Translations under genes and position numbers: made by a program | Origin: an uncultured virus (IMG/VR IMGVR_UViG_3300037502_002629) | Lineage: Duplodnaviria; Heunggongvirae; Uroviricota; Caudoviricetes | Direction: 5' to 3' (one strand) | IMG/VR virus record: IMGVR_UViG_3300037502_002629 | Length of the DNA stretch: 64,000 nucleotides | Part shown: piece after piece, positions 17,310 through 27,911 of the stretch | Layout of the letters: every line of letters starts with the position of its first letter | How positions within the stretch are numbered: the stretch's first letter is position 1 | The notes under the pieces: generated by a model | The model's database searches: none | The model's input: only the letters and a program-made list of their open reading frames with translations | Told to the model about the DNA's origin: nothing

Positions 17310-17801
17310 ATGGGATACTTCAAACTACTCAACAAAATATTTCCTGCTTCGCCAGATCAAATCCTCAAGAAGGCAACAGATGCTGAAGCAGCAGTCGCGC
17401 GCATGGCGCACGTGAACACAATTATCAATGATCTAAGTGACATTGCTCATTACGAATTAGATGCAGATGTTACACTTGAACTGTCAGTCAATACTAATAA
17501 AGGTATTATTGACGTTATTAATTGGGACAGCCAAGTGCCAGACGAGGATTGGGGGACATCAACAGTCATTACCTTGAAGAATGACCCTATATTGAATATT
17601 GCTAATAGGGATAATCTTTATATTCAGATTACACCTTATTATAGTCCCGCAGTGGATGACAACTTTATTCCATATGTTCTTGCAACAGGGTTTACAGATG
17701 GGTTAAATTTAACCGTATGGAATGCAAATCCTACGGCAGCAGATACAAATAATGGAGCAGGTAGTTTTTATCTTTACTACGAAATCAAATACATTGGTTA
17801 A
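17310..17801 (+). CDS. putative head decoration/fibre protein
   Basis: N-terminal motif shared with the next ORF; beta-rich C-terminus. Confidence 0.6.
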   Translation: MGYFKLLNKIFPASPDQILKKATDAEAAVARMAHVNTIINDLSDIAHYELDADVTLELSVNTNKGIIDVINWDSQVPDEDWGTSTVITLKNDPILNIANRDNLYIQITPYYSPAVDDNFIPYVLATGFTDGLNLTVWNANPTAADTNNGAGSFYLYYEIKYIG

Positions 17802-18439
17802 TGCCCATAAACAAACTTGTACCCAAGGTACCAGATCCATACATAAGCAAAAATGAGCAGAACCAATTTTGGCCTGCTCGTTTTGGCCATTTAGATTATA
17901 TAGTAGATCAGATCAACAGTGGCGGGGCTATACCAGAAGGCTTTTCTCAAGTATACACAGAGTTAATTACCATACCTGGGACGGTGTATGCAAGTGGCGG
18001 ACCATTAGCATATGATTTTCCTAGTGATGGATTGTCTCAAACATTGTCTCAGCAAGGCAAATTTATTATTCCTGTTGGCTTTACTGTAGCAGCGCTGGAT
18101 ACTGTTGCACCAGCTTTAAGTCCAATTATTTTTGGTAATATGTACTTCAATGTTCTTTCGCCAACTTCAGGTTCTAATACAAAAATTACTAATAACTGGC
18201 AACTTTCTGGAGGTGCTGGACCTTATCCTGCTGCAAATTATACATATATACCAGCACTAGCCGAAATAGGGGGTATTATAGTCCAATCTCCTATTCCAAT
18301 TGATCAATCTGGTCAAATTTTTCAATTGTGCACAATTCCAGGACAAGGTGGATATTTTGGTACAGCGGATAATTGTCTTAAAATTGCATTTAGTTTTCAA
18401 GCGATAGATATTGATTGGTTATATAAACTAACCAATTAA
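17801..18439 (+). CDS. putative head decoration/fibre protein
   Basis: N-terminus paralogous to the 17310 ORF. Confidence 0.6.
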   Translation: MPINKLVPKVPDPYISKNEQNQFWPARFGHLDYIVDQINSGGAIPEGFSQVYTELITIPGTVYASGGPLAYDFPSDGLSQTLSQQGKFIIPVGFTVAALDTVAPALSPIIFGNMYFNVLSPTSGSNTKITNNWQLSGGAGPYPAANYTYIPALAEIGGIIVQSPIPIDQSGQIFQLCTIPGQGGYFGTADNCLKIAFSFQAIDIDWLYKLTN

Positions 18440-18469
18440 TCAAACATAAAACCAACAAAAACCAACAAC

Positions 18470-19486
18470 ATGAGTGTAACACTAGTAGAAACAAATCCAG
18501 TTAGTAAAAGGTACAACAGCACGATTGCAATCCGCCCCTATGTGGATTCATCTAAGTCTAATATGGGCTTAGAAAAATATGAGCTTGCATTGTTTGACGG
18601 TATCTTTCACGAAGAGCAGCTTGCCTGTCTAGAAGTAAATGGAATTAAGCGTTATGTAACAGGGCTTAATGAATTTGCCCCTGAGATTAAAAAACTCCCT
18701 GCTGAAGAAAGAGAAGCTGCTATAATTGAAATACGCAAGATTGTGTCTCAACTCGAAGCAGAACTTGCTGCAAATTTTGTAGAGCCTGGTGATAAAGAAT
18801 TCTGGAATAAGATTAAGTTACTTGCTCCCAATAATGATGAATTCTGGAGTAAAATTACTATCCGCGTATCCAACGAGCCCGTATTTCTTAATCCGCAGGA
18901 TCCACATGATTTGATTAAACTCAAAGCAATTGAGGCTGGTGGATTTTCAATGATTGCCAGATCTTTAGATGTGGCGCGTAAGTTAGGTAGCAGCTGTAAA
19001 TTCTATCTTGATAAATTTGAAGAAACTGCTTCTATTAAAACTGAAGTAAAAAAGCTGCGTAATAAAGCACTTGCTGAGCTGGAAAAACTGGCCAACAAGA
19101 ACGTAAACAAATTAATGTATGTCTCTAAAGTAGTTGATCCTAACTCTCCGCAATATAAGAAAACCACCCCTACAGATGTCATGTATGATAACATGGATAA
19201 ATACATCAATGGTGAAACAGTGGATACTGACAAGCGTAAAACGGCGCAGCGTTTTCTTGATGTTGTAAATCTGGATATGGAAACGCTCAAGATCAGAGCC
19301 ATTATCAAAGATTCAGCATATTATAAATTGATTGTAACCCGCGGGGATGGATATATTTATCACACTGAGTCTAACACTATGCTTGGTAAAAATCCATCAG
19401 AAATCGCGGAATATCTTAAAAATCCGCTCCACGAAGACATCCTTGTAAATCTTACAAAAGGTGTAGAGCGATACTGGAATAACTGA
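18470..19486 (+). CDS. conserved crAss-like capsid-module protein
   Basis: 338-aa ORF. Assignment from synteny. Confidence 0.6.
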   Translation: MSVTLVETNPVSKRYNSTIAIRPYVDSSKSNMGLEKYELALFDGIFHEEQLACLEVNGIKRYVTGLNEFAPEIKKLPAEEREAAIIEIRKIVSQLEAELAANFVEPGDKEFWNKIKLLAPNNDEFWSKITIRVSNEPVFLNPQDPHDLIKLKAIEAGGFSMIARSLDVARKLGSSCKFYLDKFEETASIKTEVKKLRNKALAELEKLANKNVNKLMYVSKVVDPNSPQYKKTTPTDVMYDNMDKYINGETVDTDKRKTAQRFLDVVNLDMETLKIRAIIKDSAYYKLIVTRGDGYIYHTESNTMLGKNPSEIAEYLKNPLHEDILVNLTKGVERYWNN

Positions 19487-20196
19487 TGACAAACGCAGAA
19501 TTACAGATAAAAGTTAAAGAGAGGCTAAATAAACTAGCCTCTCTTGACTATGATAATTTCGAGTGCTGGCAGATTGTTGAAGCTTTTAACAAAGCTCAGC
19601 TGGAGTGGATACGTCGTCAGGTGATTGGAGTTAATCAATCCAAGCGTGGCGAAGGCTCTTCTAAAGTAGTATACGACGATCTTCAAAAACTCATTAAAAC
19701 TGTTTCTATATCTGGTACAAACTATCCAACAGATAATCCTTCCAATTTTGAAACAGACCCTTTTCCAACAGATTACCTATACTACAGTTCATTATACGTT
19801 ATGGCAAAAACAGATTGTTGCCCAGAACGTAATATGCTGGTATACATTGTTGATAAAGAAGATCTGTTTGTTATTTTGCGAGATGCTAATAAAAAACCAA
19901 GTTTTGAATGGGGTGAAACCATCGGTATTTTTGCAGGAAATAGAATAACTGTTTATACAGATGGAGATTTTGACATTACATCACTCAATCTGACATATTA
20001 CCGTAAACCAGTTCCTGTATCATTCCAAGGGTGTGTGGATATTACAAGTGGTCAAATAACAACAGATGTACCTTGTGAGTTCAAAGATGATATTGCTGAA
20101 ATTCTAGTTGACAATGCAGTGGCTATTCTTGCAGCAGATATTGAGTCATTTAACCAATACACCAGAGCAACTAACTCTGTTCAATCTAATACATAA
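19486..20196 (+). CDS. putative head-tail ring/adaptor protein
   Basis: FNKAQ...YYRKP...EILVDNAV pattern of crAss-like ring proteins. Confidence 0.6.
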   Translation: MTNAELQIKVKERLNKLASLDYDNFECWQIVEAFNKAQLEWIRRQVIGVNQSKRGEGSSKVVYDDLQKLIKTVSISGTNYPTDNPSNFETDPFPTDYLYYSSLYVMAKTDCCPERNMLVYIVDKEDLFVILRDANKKPSFEWGETIGIFAGNRITVYTDGDFDITSLNLTYYRKPVPVSFQGCVDITSGQITTDVPCEFKDDIAEILVDNAVAILAADIESFNQYTRATNSVQSNT

Positions 20197-20810
20197 TGGA
20201 GAACAATTCACCGCAGCGTTCCCTAAAAACTATAGATACGAAGGTTGTTAAACCTACGCTATCCAGACCATCTGAAAAAGAGGCGCCTAAACCTGCACCT
20301 GCTGATAAGAGTAAAAATCCACTTATTACAGATGACTGCGTGAAGATGCTCAATTACAGGATTGAGCAGGAGGATTACTCTTCCAGAGTATATCTTGCTA
20401 TGTCTTTATGGTTGGATGATAAAGGATATGTAAATGCATCTAAGCTTTGGAAAAAATACTCAGATGAAGAACGTGCTCATGCAGACATGGCCAGGGAATA
20501 TCTACTGGACCTGGGAATACGGCCTATAACACCCTTATTAAACCAACCAGTGCAAGACTTTTCAGGACTCCCTCAGATAATCAAAGACTCTCACGAGCAC
20601 GAGGCTGAGATTACCAGGCAGTGTAAAGAACTGGCTTCTCACGCTATGAAAATGGGAGATCATATGCTTTATCAGCTAGCGGCCACCTACTTAAAGGAGC
20701 AAATTGAGGAGTTAGGAAAAGCACAGAATTGGTTGGATCAGCTAGAATCCTTTGGCGAGGACAAGATCGCAATGCGCCTACTTGATCACGAAATGAAAGA
20801 TTATCTGTAA
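20196..20810 (+). CDS. ftnA: non-haem ferritin
   Basis: LNYRIEQEDYSSRVYLAMS, EERAHA, EHEAEIT and EQIEE ferroxidase-centre motifs. About 40-aa N-terminal extension. Confidence 0.85.
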   Translation: MENNSPQRSLKTIDTKVVKPTLSRPSEKEAPKPAPADKSKNPLITDDCVKMLNYRIEQEDYSSRVYLAMSLWLDDKGYVNASKLWKKYSDEERAHADMAREYLLDLGIRPITPLLNQPVQDFSGLPQIIKDSHEHEAEITRQCKELASHAMKMGDHMLYQLAATYLKEQIEELGKAQNWLDQLESFGEDKIAMRLLDHEMKDYL

Positions 20811-20877
20811 AAAATTTGGATATTCGCATAGAATACCTTATATTATATCATATTGTAACCCTTAAAACTTAAAAATC

Positions 20878-22149
20878 ATGTATTTCAATCACGCGTTTCA
20901 AAAAACGCTTATTAGCACAAATGGCTTCTACACAACTGCTGGACAACCCACTAGTATTCTGGTTCAGCATCCTGGTAAAGTGGCAGTAGTAGCTAGCTTA
21001 ACAACAGGTGCATTTAATGCAAATGAAGTAATTAATACTTCTGTAGCATTTGGTGCCACTACTATTCAAGACCTTCCAATGATCTATTTGGCCCAAGGTT
21101 CTATCAACACCACTGATAAACTTGGTCCACTTGCTGGAGGTTATCAAGAGTCTGTGAAGACAAAAGGTATTAACCCTAAGTATGTATCTAAGTTTTTCCG
21201 CGTTGATCCATCCTGTGCGCAGAATGAGATTCAGACAGTGTGTCTGTGCCCTGAAGCTGTACCTCAGTGTGGTACATCTTATTACCTGCGTATTGATGTT
21301 AAAGGATCACCTGCGCTTCGTTTCCTGAGCCATAACGTGTATCGTACATATGCTTCGAGCAATGTATGCTGCCCTGCAGATCCTACAGCTTCTACAGCAA
21401 TTGATCCAATGCAGGTTCAAACTTCCTGGGCTTGGCAGATTGCTCGTGACCCAATTATGAGCCAATTTATTGCACCTACTCTTACATGGGATAGTACAAG
21501 TGGAGAATTTGATGTAGTTGCTTGGTTTGCTGCTAATCCAACTTTATTGGATACAGATTTATATGTAGCGATTCAAGATTCTGGTAGCCCTTATTTAACT
21601 GGTGATGAATATGTACCTGGTACTTCAGATACTCAATGTTTAGTATTAACAGGAGCATATGTAGATACTCAATTTGGAACATGTTCCTTCCACCCGCAAG
21701 ATTTCTATGAGCTTGCCCCTGTGAAGATCTATCCTTCTATCACTGATCAAAATGGTGATCCTTGTGTAGATCAGATCTGGTGTACTACTCTAGATACGCT
21801 TGGTCAGCAAGGTAGTGGATATGGGCACAAGCTTCTGCGCGATGTAATTCTATTCCGCCGCTATATGCAAGAGCAATATGTATATGATCCACGTCTGCGT
21901 GAGGTTATGAATCAAGATCAGGCATACAATTATATCGTTGGTTCAGACTTCTACACAACATATGGTATCTTGCATTCTGTTCCTCGTTTCAATAACCCAA
22001 CAGGTGTATTTGACAATGATCAGTATCTGATTACTATTGTTATGCCAAGTAGTGCTTGTGATTCTAACTCGGATGTTGCTAGCTTTGAAGCATGGATGAA
22101 TGATTATCTCGCAGCAGCTGGTAATCCAGTTCAGTTAGAAGTACTTTAA
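20878..22149 (+). CDS. putative auxiliary capsid/structural protein
   Basis: 423 aa, own promoter-like region and terminator, high-expression codon bias. Confidence 0.6.
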   Translation: MYFNHAFQKTLISTNGFYTTAGQPTSILVQHPGKVAVVASLTTGAFNANEVINTSVAFGATTIQDLPMIYLAQGSINTTDKLGPLAGGYQESVKTKGINPKYVSKFFRVDPSCAQNEIQTVCLCPEAVPQCGTSYYLRIDVKGSPALRFLSHNVYRTYASSNVCCPADPTASTAIDPMQVQTSWAWQIARDPIMSQFIAPTLTWDSTSGEFDVVAWFAANPTLLDTDLYVAIQDSGSPYLTGDEYVPGTSDTQCLVLTGAYVDTQFGTCSFHPQDFYELAPVKIYPSITDQNGDPCVDQIWCTTLDTLGQQGSGYGHKLLRDVILFRRYMQEQYVYDPRLREVMNQDQAYNYIVGSDFYTTYGILHSVPRFNNPTGVFDNDQYLITIVMPSSACDSNSDVASFEAWMNDYLAAAGNPVQLEVL

Positions 22150-22170
22150 TTAACACAGATTAGTCCTTAA

Positions 22171-22214
22171 ATAAAGGGGGAGTGAGAGTTTAGCTCTCCT
22201 TCCCCTTATTTTTT
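22171..22214 (+). terminator. intrinsic terminator
   Basis: AAGGGG...CCCCTT inverted repeat followed by ATTTTTT. Confidence 0.75.
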
Positions 22215-22246
22215 AAAGAAAAAATTCGTATCTTATAATAAGAGCC

Positions 22247-22900
22247 ATGGCATTACGACACCAATTATCCCTTAATATAGTAGATGGTTGTAACCCTAAC
22301 AATTTTACAATCATTGATACTAGTAATTATGTAAATGCACCAATTAGTTGTCCTACATTAGGAATAACAATGCCAGGGGCAAGTGGTCCTATATATTATG
22401 TGGATCCAACACAAACTCCTGGAGATCAATATTATCCGCTTCCTGATGTGTTGCAGGTAAATTGTAATCCCTGTCCACCATGTCCTCCTGGTACATTTCA
22501 ACCCTATATTGGTAAGCCTAAGTTTGTCTATACAATAGATAATTTGTTTTTAAAAATCCAACAGCCTGGTGAAATGCTTAGTTCTATTCCTGATGGAATT
22601 TGGACTATCAGTTATTGTGTTGCTCCTTGTGATAAGTTAGGTGTTGAATATTATTATCTTCGTATCACTTCTGCTTTGAATCAATATGCATCTTTACTTT
22701 GCAAGTTACGGTTATCCAACTGCTTGCCTAGTGAAGAAACATTAAAGATGATTGACCAACTGCATATAATTAAGATGTATTTAGATGCAGCAAAGGCCAA
22801 AGTAGAACTATGTCACGCTCCCAATGAAGGCGTTGCTATGTATGAATATGCACTAAAGCTGATGGCTAATTGGGAAAAAACGTGTTGTAGCACTTGTTAA
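22247..22900 (+). CDS. Cys-rich virion structural protein
   Basis: IPDGIWTISY motif and helical C-terminus ending CCSTC. Confidence 0.6.
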   Translation: MALRHQLSLNIVDGCNPNNFTIIDTSNYVNAPISCPTLGITMPGASGPIYYVDPTQTPGDQYYPLPDVLQVNCNPCPPCPPGTFQPYIGKPKFVYTIDNLFLKIQQPGEMLSSIPDGIWTISYCVAPCDKLGVEYYYLRITSALNQYASLLCKLRLSNCLPSEETLKMIDQLHIIKMYLDAAKAKVELCHAPNEGVAMYEYALKLMANWEKTCCSTC

Positions 22901-22922
22901 ACCAACATAAAACCAATAAACA

Positions 22923-23075
22923 ATGGCTAGAGTATCATGTCCAAATTGCGGCATTCCATGCACAGGTTGTGCGGGCGCCCGCCTTACAACTGCATCTGAT
23001 GGCACAAAATGTTGCACAAAATGTGTCGGTGCGTTAGAATTACAAATCAAAGCAAAAAGTAAAAATTCACAATGA
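22923..23075 (+). CDS. 50-aa Cys-rich protein (not in ORF track)
   Basis: MARVSCPNCGIPCTGCAGARLTTASDGTKCCTKCVGALELQIKAKSKNSQ. A/C-rich leader; stop overlaps the next start (ATGA). Confidence 0.7.
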   Translation: MARVSCPNCGIPCTGCAGARLTTASDGTKCCTKCVGALELQIKAKSKNSQ

Positions 23076-23317
23076 GTTGCACAATCGTACCCTCTTTATC
23101 TGCTGAAACTAAAATTGACATCCTTATTAGCAATGAAGGATTCAACCGCTATCGTAATGATTATTACGGTATGAATGTATGTAAAGAGGGGTACGATTTT
23201 AAGTATCTTATGGATATGAAGTTTTTATTGCAGATGAGTGGGTGCGCAGAATCTGAGTGTCATTGCTACTGTCAATGTTCATATACAGCGGTTAAAGAGC
23301 GAATAAATACTTTATGA
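23072..23317 (+). CDS. small Cys-rich protein
   Basis: 81 aa, translationally coupled on both sides. Confidence 0.65.
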   Translation: MSCTIVPSLSAETKIDILISNEGFNRYRNDYYGMNVCKEGYDFKYLMDMKFLLQMSGCAESECHCYCQCSYTAVKERINTL

Positions 23318-24681
23318 AGCCAATACAAAAACCAGTAAATAATAAGGTTACATCCTGTGACGATGTTACATCGACATGCGTTACATGGGATGGTCCAGCC
23401 TTATCATTTGCTTGTATGAATATTGAAGTTTGCAAAGGCGAAACTATTAATGTTGTACTGTACGAATTATTCAAAAACCTATGCATTGCTCTTGAAAAGA
23501 CTGACATTACAGGCATAAGTACAACTTGTTTATTTGATCTTCCTTCAGAACCCGATACTATAGAAGATCTTTTAAATTTAATAATACGCAAGTTATGTGA
23601 TCAGGATGTAAGAATACTTAGTCTGGAAGATGTGGAATATAGAACATATTCTGCAAATCTTCCTTACTGTTTGCAAAACATCAACGATACACTCACAATA
23701 ACCAAGCTTCCCATTGATCAATATTTTAACAAAGTTGCTGTTAAAATGTGTGAGCAGATAGCTGACCTAAATGAAATTTCTAATTCAGATCCTGCTACAA
23801 CTGATCAACTTGAAGAAATACAAACGCAGCTTGCATTACTTGAATCAGAAATAACCGCGGCTTGCGCGCCCATTGCAGGATTAGAAGTTACACCCACTTG
23901 CTCTGCACCCGCGGTACCCACACCTCTCAATACTGCCCTAGAGTACTTAGAGTCGGCTTTCTGTTCATATATAAACTTCACAGGTTCTGCTGAAGAGTTA
24001 AATAAGGCAATAGCATTGGATTGTCCTAATTTGGGTAGTTTACAAGCATTATCCAATACTAATCAAATGGATCAAATTTATGGGTGGGTTGACACACCTA
24101 TAAATGTAGCTGACAGTGTAAACAATCTCTGGCTTACCATATGTGATATGCGGTCTGCTATTCGTAATATTTTAACGAGTTGCTGTGTAGATAGTCCTTG
24201 TTTATCTTTTGTTGTATTTTACGAACTGCAGTTTGATCCAAATAATCAGTGGATGGATATTGTGTTTAACGATAATGTATACCCTCCACTCTCTCCAATG
24301 CCTGGGTTATATGGAACACAAACTATTATAAAAAATTTAGCCAGAACACTAACGTACGATGGATCTATAGCTCCTCCTGCGTGGATAGCTACAGACTTTC
24401 CCACTATAGGGAATGTAATTATTACAATTAACGATGGGTCTGGCGATATTGTATTGGACACAGGAAGCACACTCGTTGACCTAATGTACTTTGCTGGACC
24501 AACTGGTGGAAAATATCGATTCAATTACACTCCAGACTATGACTATAATGCTCCAGTAAAAAGTATCAAAATAGAGTTTAATTATAGGTGGAATAATCCA
24601 TCACCCCCAGTTCCAGGTGGAACAACTTGCGAAGAATGCGAATGTTGTTGTACCTACTCAATAATAAACGGAATTTACTAA
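23314..24681 (+). CDS. Cys-rich fibre-like virion protein
   Basis: N-terminal ~290 aa paralogous to the 24683 ORF. Confidence 0.7.
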   Translation: MKPIQKPVNNKVTSCDDVTSTCVTWDGPALSFACMNIEVCKGETINVVLYELFKNLCIALEKTDITGISTTCLFDLPSEPDTIEDLLNLIIRKLCDQDVRILSLEDVEYRTYSANLPYCLQNINDTLTITKLPIDQYFNKVAVKMCEQIADLNEISNSDPATTDQLEEIQTQLALLESEITAACAPIAGLEVTPTCSAPAVPTPLNTALEYLESAFCSYINFTGSAEELNKAIALDCPNLGSLQALSNTNQMDQIYGWVDTPINVADSVNNLWLTICDMRSAIRNILTSCCVDSPCLSFVVFYELQFDPNNQWMDIVFNDNVYPPLSPMPGLYGTQTIIKNLARTLTYDGSIAPPAWIATDFPTIGNVIITINDGSGDIVLDTGSTLVDLMYFAGPTGGKYRFNYTPDYDYNAPVKSIKIEFNYRWNNPSPPVPGGTTCEECECCCTYSIINGIY

Positions 24682-24682
24682 T

Positions 24683-27600
24683 ATGAAACCTGTCAGTTCA
24701 AATATCAAACCTAATAACAAGTGTCTTAATCCAGTTACAACAAAATGTGTAACATGGGATGGACCAGATATTACATGTTTGGACGGTACTACGCTATGTA
24801 AAGGGCAGACCATAGAAAACACAGTGTACCTGTTAGCAAGTAAATTATGTTTAATATATGAGTCTATTGGCTTAGAGGGTCTTAATACCTGCATAAATAA
24901 TATTCAGGATGGTACGTCAGTAAGCGTTGGTTCTAACTCCACATTGAAAGAAGTTTTTTCAGCCATTATTAATAAGGTGTGCACGCTTAATACAAGAGTG
25001 GAAACCTTAGAAAACACAGATTGCCCAGAAATAAGGGCGGTGGTTCCAGCATGTTTGATTAATGACACTACTTTGCCTGTGCAAGTAGAGAGTTTTTTAG
25101 GGTGGGATAGTACAAACAATACCTTACCTATTGAATCGTATGCGAGCTATGTGGCGCAGATTATCTGCTTCATGCTCATTAAAATAACGACAATACAAAA
25201 CCAGATCATCAGCATAAACCAAGCAATACAGGATTTATGGGATGCGTTAAACAGTTGTACTAACAATTGTTCTTTTAACGTACAACCTACCTGTACAAAT
25301 GATTTCACACTCAATCCTACTAACCAGCCTGTATTTATATCAGATGCTTATCAGTGGTTAGAGGCTGATTTTTGTCAATTGCAATCTGCGGTAGGCACAC
25401 CTGCAGAAATTACAAATGCTATCAATAAACAATGTGCTAATCTGGGTGAACAAGATAAGCTTTCATCTGGCGGGGTAATGGAAAACACAGCTGGTTGGGT
25501 TAATAATCCAGTCACCTTAGCAGACAGCCTGTCTAACATGTGGCTTACAGTATGTGATATGCGCCAGGCTGTAAAGCAAATTTTAGATGGATGTTGTTTT
25601 TCATTATGTAATTATCTAGAATTTGGATATGACATCACGTGGTCTGTAGATGGTACCAGTATTGAGTTTTCACTAAATACTCCTGGATCCCAAACTGTTT
25701 ATACAAGTGCAAATGTTCCTCCTGATCCTAATTATCCTGCAGCTGCTGGAGTTCCATTACTAGCGTGGGTATTAACACAGTTTCCTACAGCATTTCAAAG
25801 TAACATCATTATTACATTTGATGATGGAGTGGGAACTCAAGCAATCTGGCCTACAAGTGTAAATTTAAACACACTGGCTGTTGCGGCATCGCCTCTATCA
25901 TTTTCATTTCCTTCTGGTTATAGTTATACATCAAATCAGCAAACAATTAATATCAGCTTTACTTACGTAGTAGATGATCAAGTTACTCCACCTGTGACAT
26001 GTGAAATTAATCAAACAGATAGTTTACCGTATGAATGTTGTTCTCCACCGCCTGCACCCTACGACTGGGCTTATGACATAAGTTCAACAACGGGGTCAGA
26101 TATGACCATTATAGTAAGAGGATTAGAGGAATCAACAGGTGTTGTTTATCCAACTAGTGGAACAGCTAATCCAACTGGAATTGGAGCAAATACTCTAACT
26201 GATACAGCAGCAACATTTCTTGCTGCATGGGCTACTGCTGATTATGGTTATATTGTAAGAATAACAAGTGGTCCAGGTGCTGGTCAGGTTAGATATATTA
26301 CAGGCGTAAATCTTATTACTTTCGATGAATTAACAGTTAATCAAAACTGGGATACTCCACTTCCAGATGTTACCAGTACATATGAAATTCAAGATATTTA
26401 TTGGCCATTTCCATTAAATGGTCCTGATTATCCATGTGGTGTTTCATCTCCTGATCCATCACCGCTGCTGAGTCTTAAGGTTCAAGTAATTGAAATTGAT
26501 AGCGGATATAACCCTAATGATCCTAATACCTGGAATATACAGGTTCAACAAACAAACGTTACCGATGCAGCAATCCTATCTGGTATTACTATTCCAGATG
26601 GAACTTTAAATCCAAATACAGATTATGCAGTTGCTGTATTTGCAGAGTATGCCTGTGATTTTTCTGAACCCACTATTTATGACGTTATAACACCTATTTC
26701 TGGGTCTGTAGTTATTGAATTTGGTACGCAAACTGCGCCTGCTGCAAATGTTTTTAATAGTGCGACTACCACAGTTATTGTTGATAATATTACAAGTAAC
26801 GCACTAGCTCCGAACATTCCAGATGCATCTGTTATTCAATCAAATCCTGCATTATTTGCATTAACACTTCCTGTAGGTGCAAATCAAACAAGATTCCAAG
26901 TCATACCAAATCCTGCAGCGTGGAATACAACTCAGGGAATTTTACCTAGAAGCTATTCTTTATGCGGATTAAATTATGATCCTTGGGGAACTAGTGGTGC
27001 TCCACTAAATACACCAAATCGTGATATTGCACTTGGGCAGTATAGAGGTTATGAAGTGGAACTGATTGACATGTCTAATCCGTTATCACCCACTCCTATA
27101 CTAGATGCTTGCGGAATACCGTTTAAAACAAACTCATTAGATGATCCTAATTTAGTATTCATATATAATCAACCTTTTGGATTTTCTTCAACTTGTCCAT
27201 CGCCTGCTGTACCATTGTGTACACCTGCGCCACCTGCACCTACATGTTCAACTGCAGGTAAGCCTATTACAATTGATATACCATCTACGTATCCCTCTAA
27301 TTTTGCAGCGGTTAAGGTGCGGTATAATCCAAACCCCTATAAAGTAAATCTCAGTGATGATTTTCACAAGGTTACCATAAAGAGTGGTAGTAAATTAACA
27401 ATAGTAAATAATGCCATTAGTAGTTTGACCATAACAGGTACAGAACTGTTTTTTTATGCTCATATCTATAAATACGATCCGACTACTCAATCATATGTAG
27501 ATTACAGTACCCCTATCTATAATACATTCACAACAGGATCCCAAACTCTAGCACCTGGTGCTTCTTATTCAACTACGCTGCTAACAGATCAATCTGTTTC

Positions 27601-27901
27601 CTGTAAATATGGAGATGCAATGTATTGTCAACTAACATATGATAAAACAGTTTCAAGTTATGGGTCTAATTGTTTTATAGGTACTGCACCATCATTAGCT
27701 CCATTAGTATTTGGCCCTGCAGCAACCTCGCAATTCTCATGCAATATACCATCTCCAGTTATTAAATCATTTACTAATTCAGGTACACAGCTACCAATTA
27801 ATTCTGCTAATCCAGCAGAGAGAATTACAAGCTATAAATATTTAATTACAGAAGATCTGGAGATATCATTTGATGTTTACGTCATAATTACGACACCATA
27901 A
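24683..27901 (+). CDS. large Cys-rich fibre-like protein with FN3/Ig-like segments
   Basis: 1072 aa. LNPNTDYAVAVFAE is an FN3-like motif. Confidence 0.7.
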   Translation: MKPVSSNIKPNNKCLNPVTTKCVTWDGPDITCLDGTTLCKGQTIENTVYLLASKLCLIYESIGLEGLNTCINNIQDGTSVSVGSNSTLKEVFSAIINKVCTLNTRVETLENTDCPEIRAVVPACLINDTTLPVQVESFLGWDSTNNTLPIESYASYVAQIICFMLIKITTIQNQIISINQAIQDLWDALNSCTNNCSFNVQPTCTNDFTLNPTNQPVFISDAYQWLEADFCQLQSAVGTPAEITNAINKQCANLGEQDKLSSGGVMENTAGWVNNPVTLADSLSNMWLTVCDMRQAVKQILDGCCFSLCNYLEFGYDITWSVDGTSIEFSLNTPGSQTVYTSANVPPDPNYPAAAGVPLLAWVLTQFPTAFQSNIIITFDDGVGTQAIWPTSVNLNTLAVAASPLSFSFPSGYSYTSNQQTINISFTYVVDDQVTPPVTCEINQTDSLPYECCSPPPAPYDWAYDISSTTGSDMTIIVRGLEESTGVVYPTSGTANPTGIGANTLTDTAATFLAAWATADYGYIVRITSGPGAGQVRYITGVNLITFDELTVNQNWDTPLPDVTSTYEIQDIYWPFPLNGPDYPCGVSSPDPSPLLSLKVQVIEIDSGYNPNDPNTWNIQVQQTNVTDAAILSGITIPDGTLNPNTDYAVAVFAEYACDFSEPTIYDVITPISGSVVIEFGTQTAPAANVFNSATTTVIVDNITSNALAPNIPDASVIQSNPALFALTLPVGANQTRFQVIPNPAAWNTTQGILPRSYSLCGLNYDPWGTSGAPLNTPNRDIALGQYRGYEVELIDMSNPLSPTPILDACGIPFKTNSLDDPNLVFIYNQPFGFSSTCPSPAVPLCTPAPPAPTCSTAGKPITIDIPSTYPSNFAAVKVRYNPNPYKVNLSDDFHKVTIKSGSKLTIVNNAISSLTITGTELFFYAHIYKYDPTTQSYVDYSTPIYNTFTTGSQTLAPGASYSTTLLTDQSVSCKYGDAMYCQLTYDKTVSSYGSNCFIGTAPSLAPLVFGPAATSQFSCNIPSPVIKSFTNSGTQLPINSANPAERITSYKYLITEDLEISFDVYVIITTP

Positions 27902-27911
27902 TAGTAAAACC

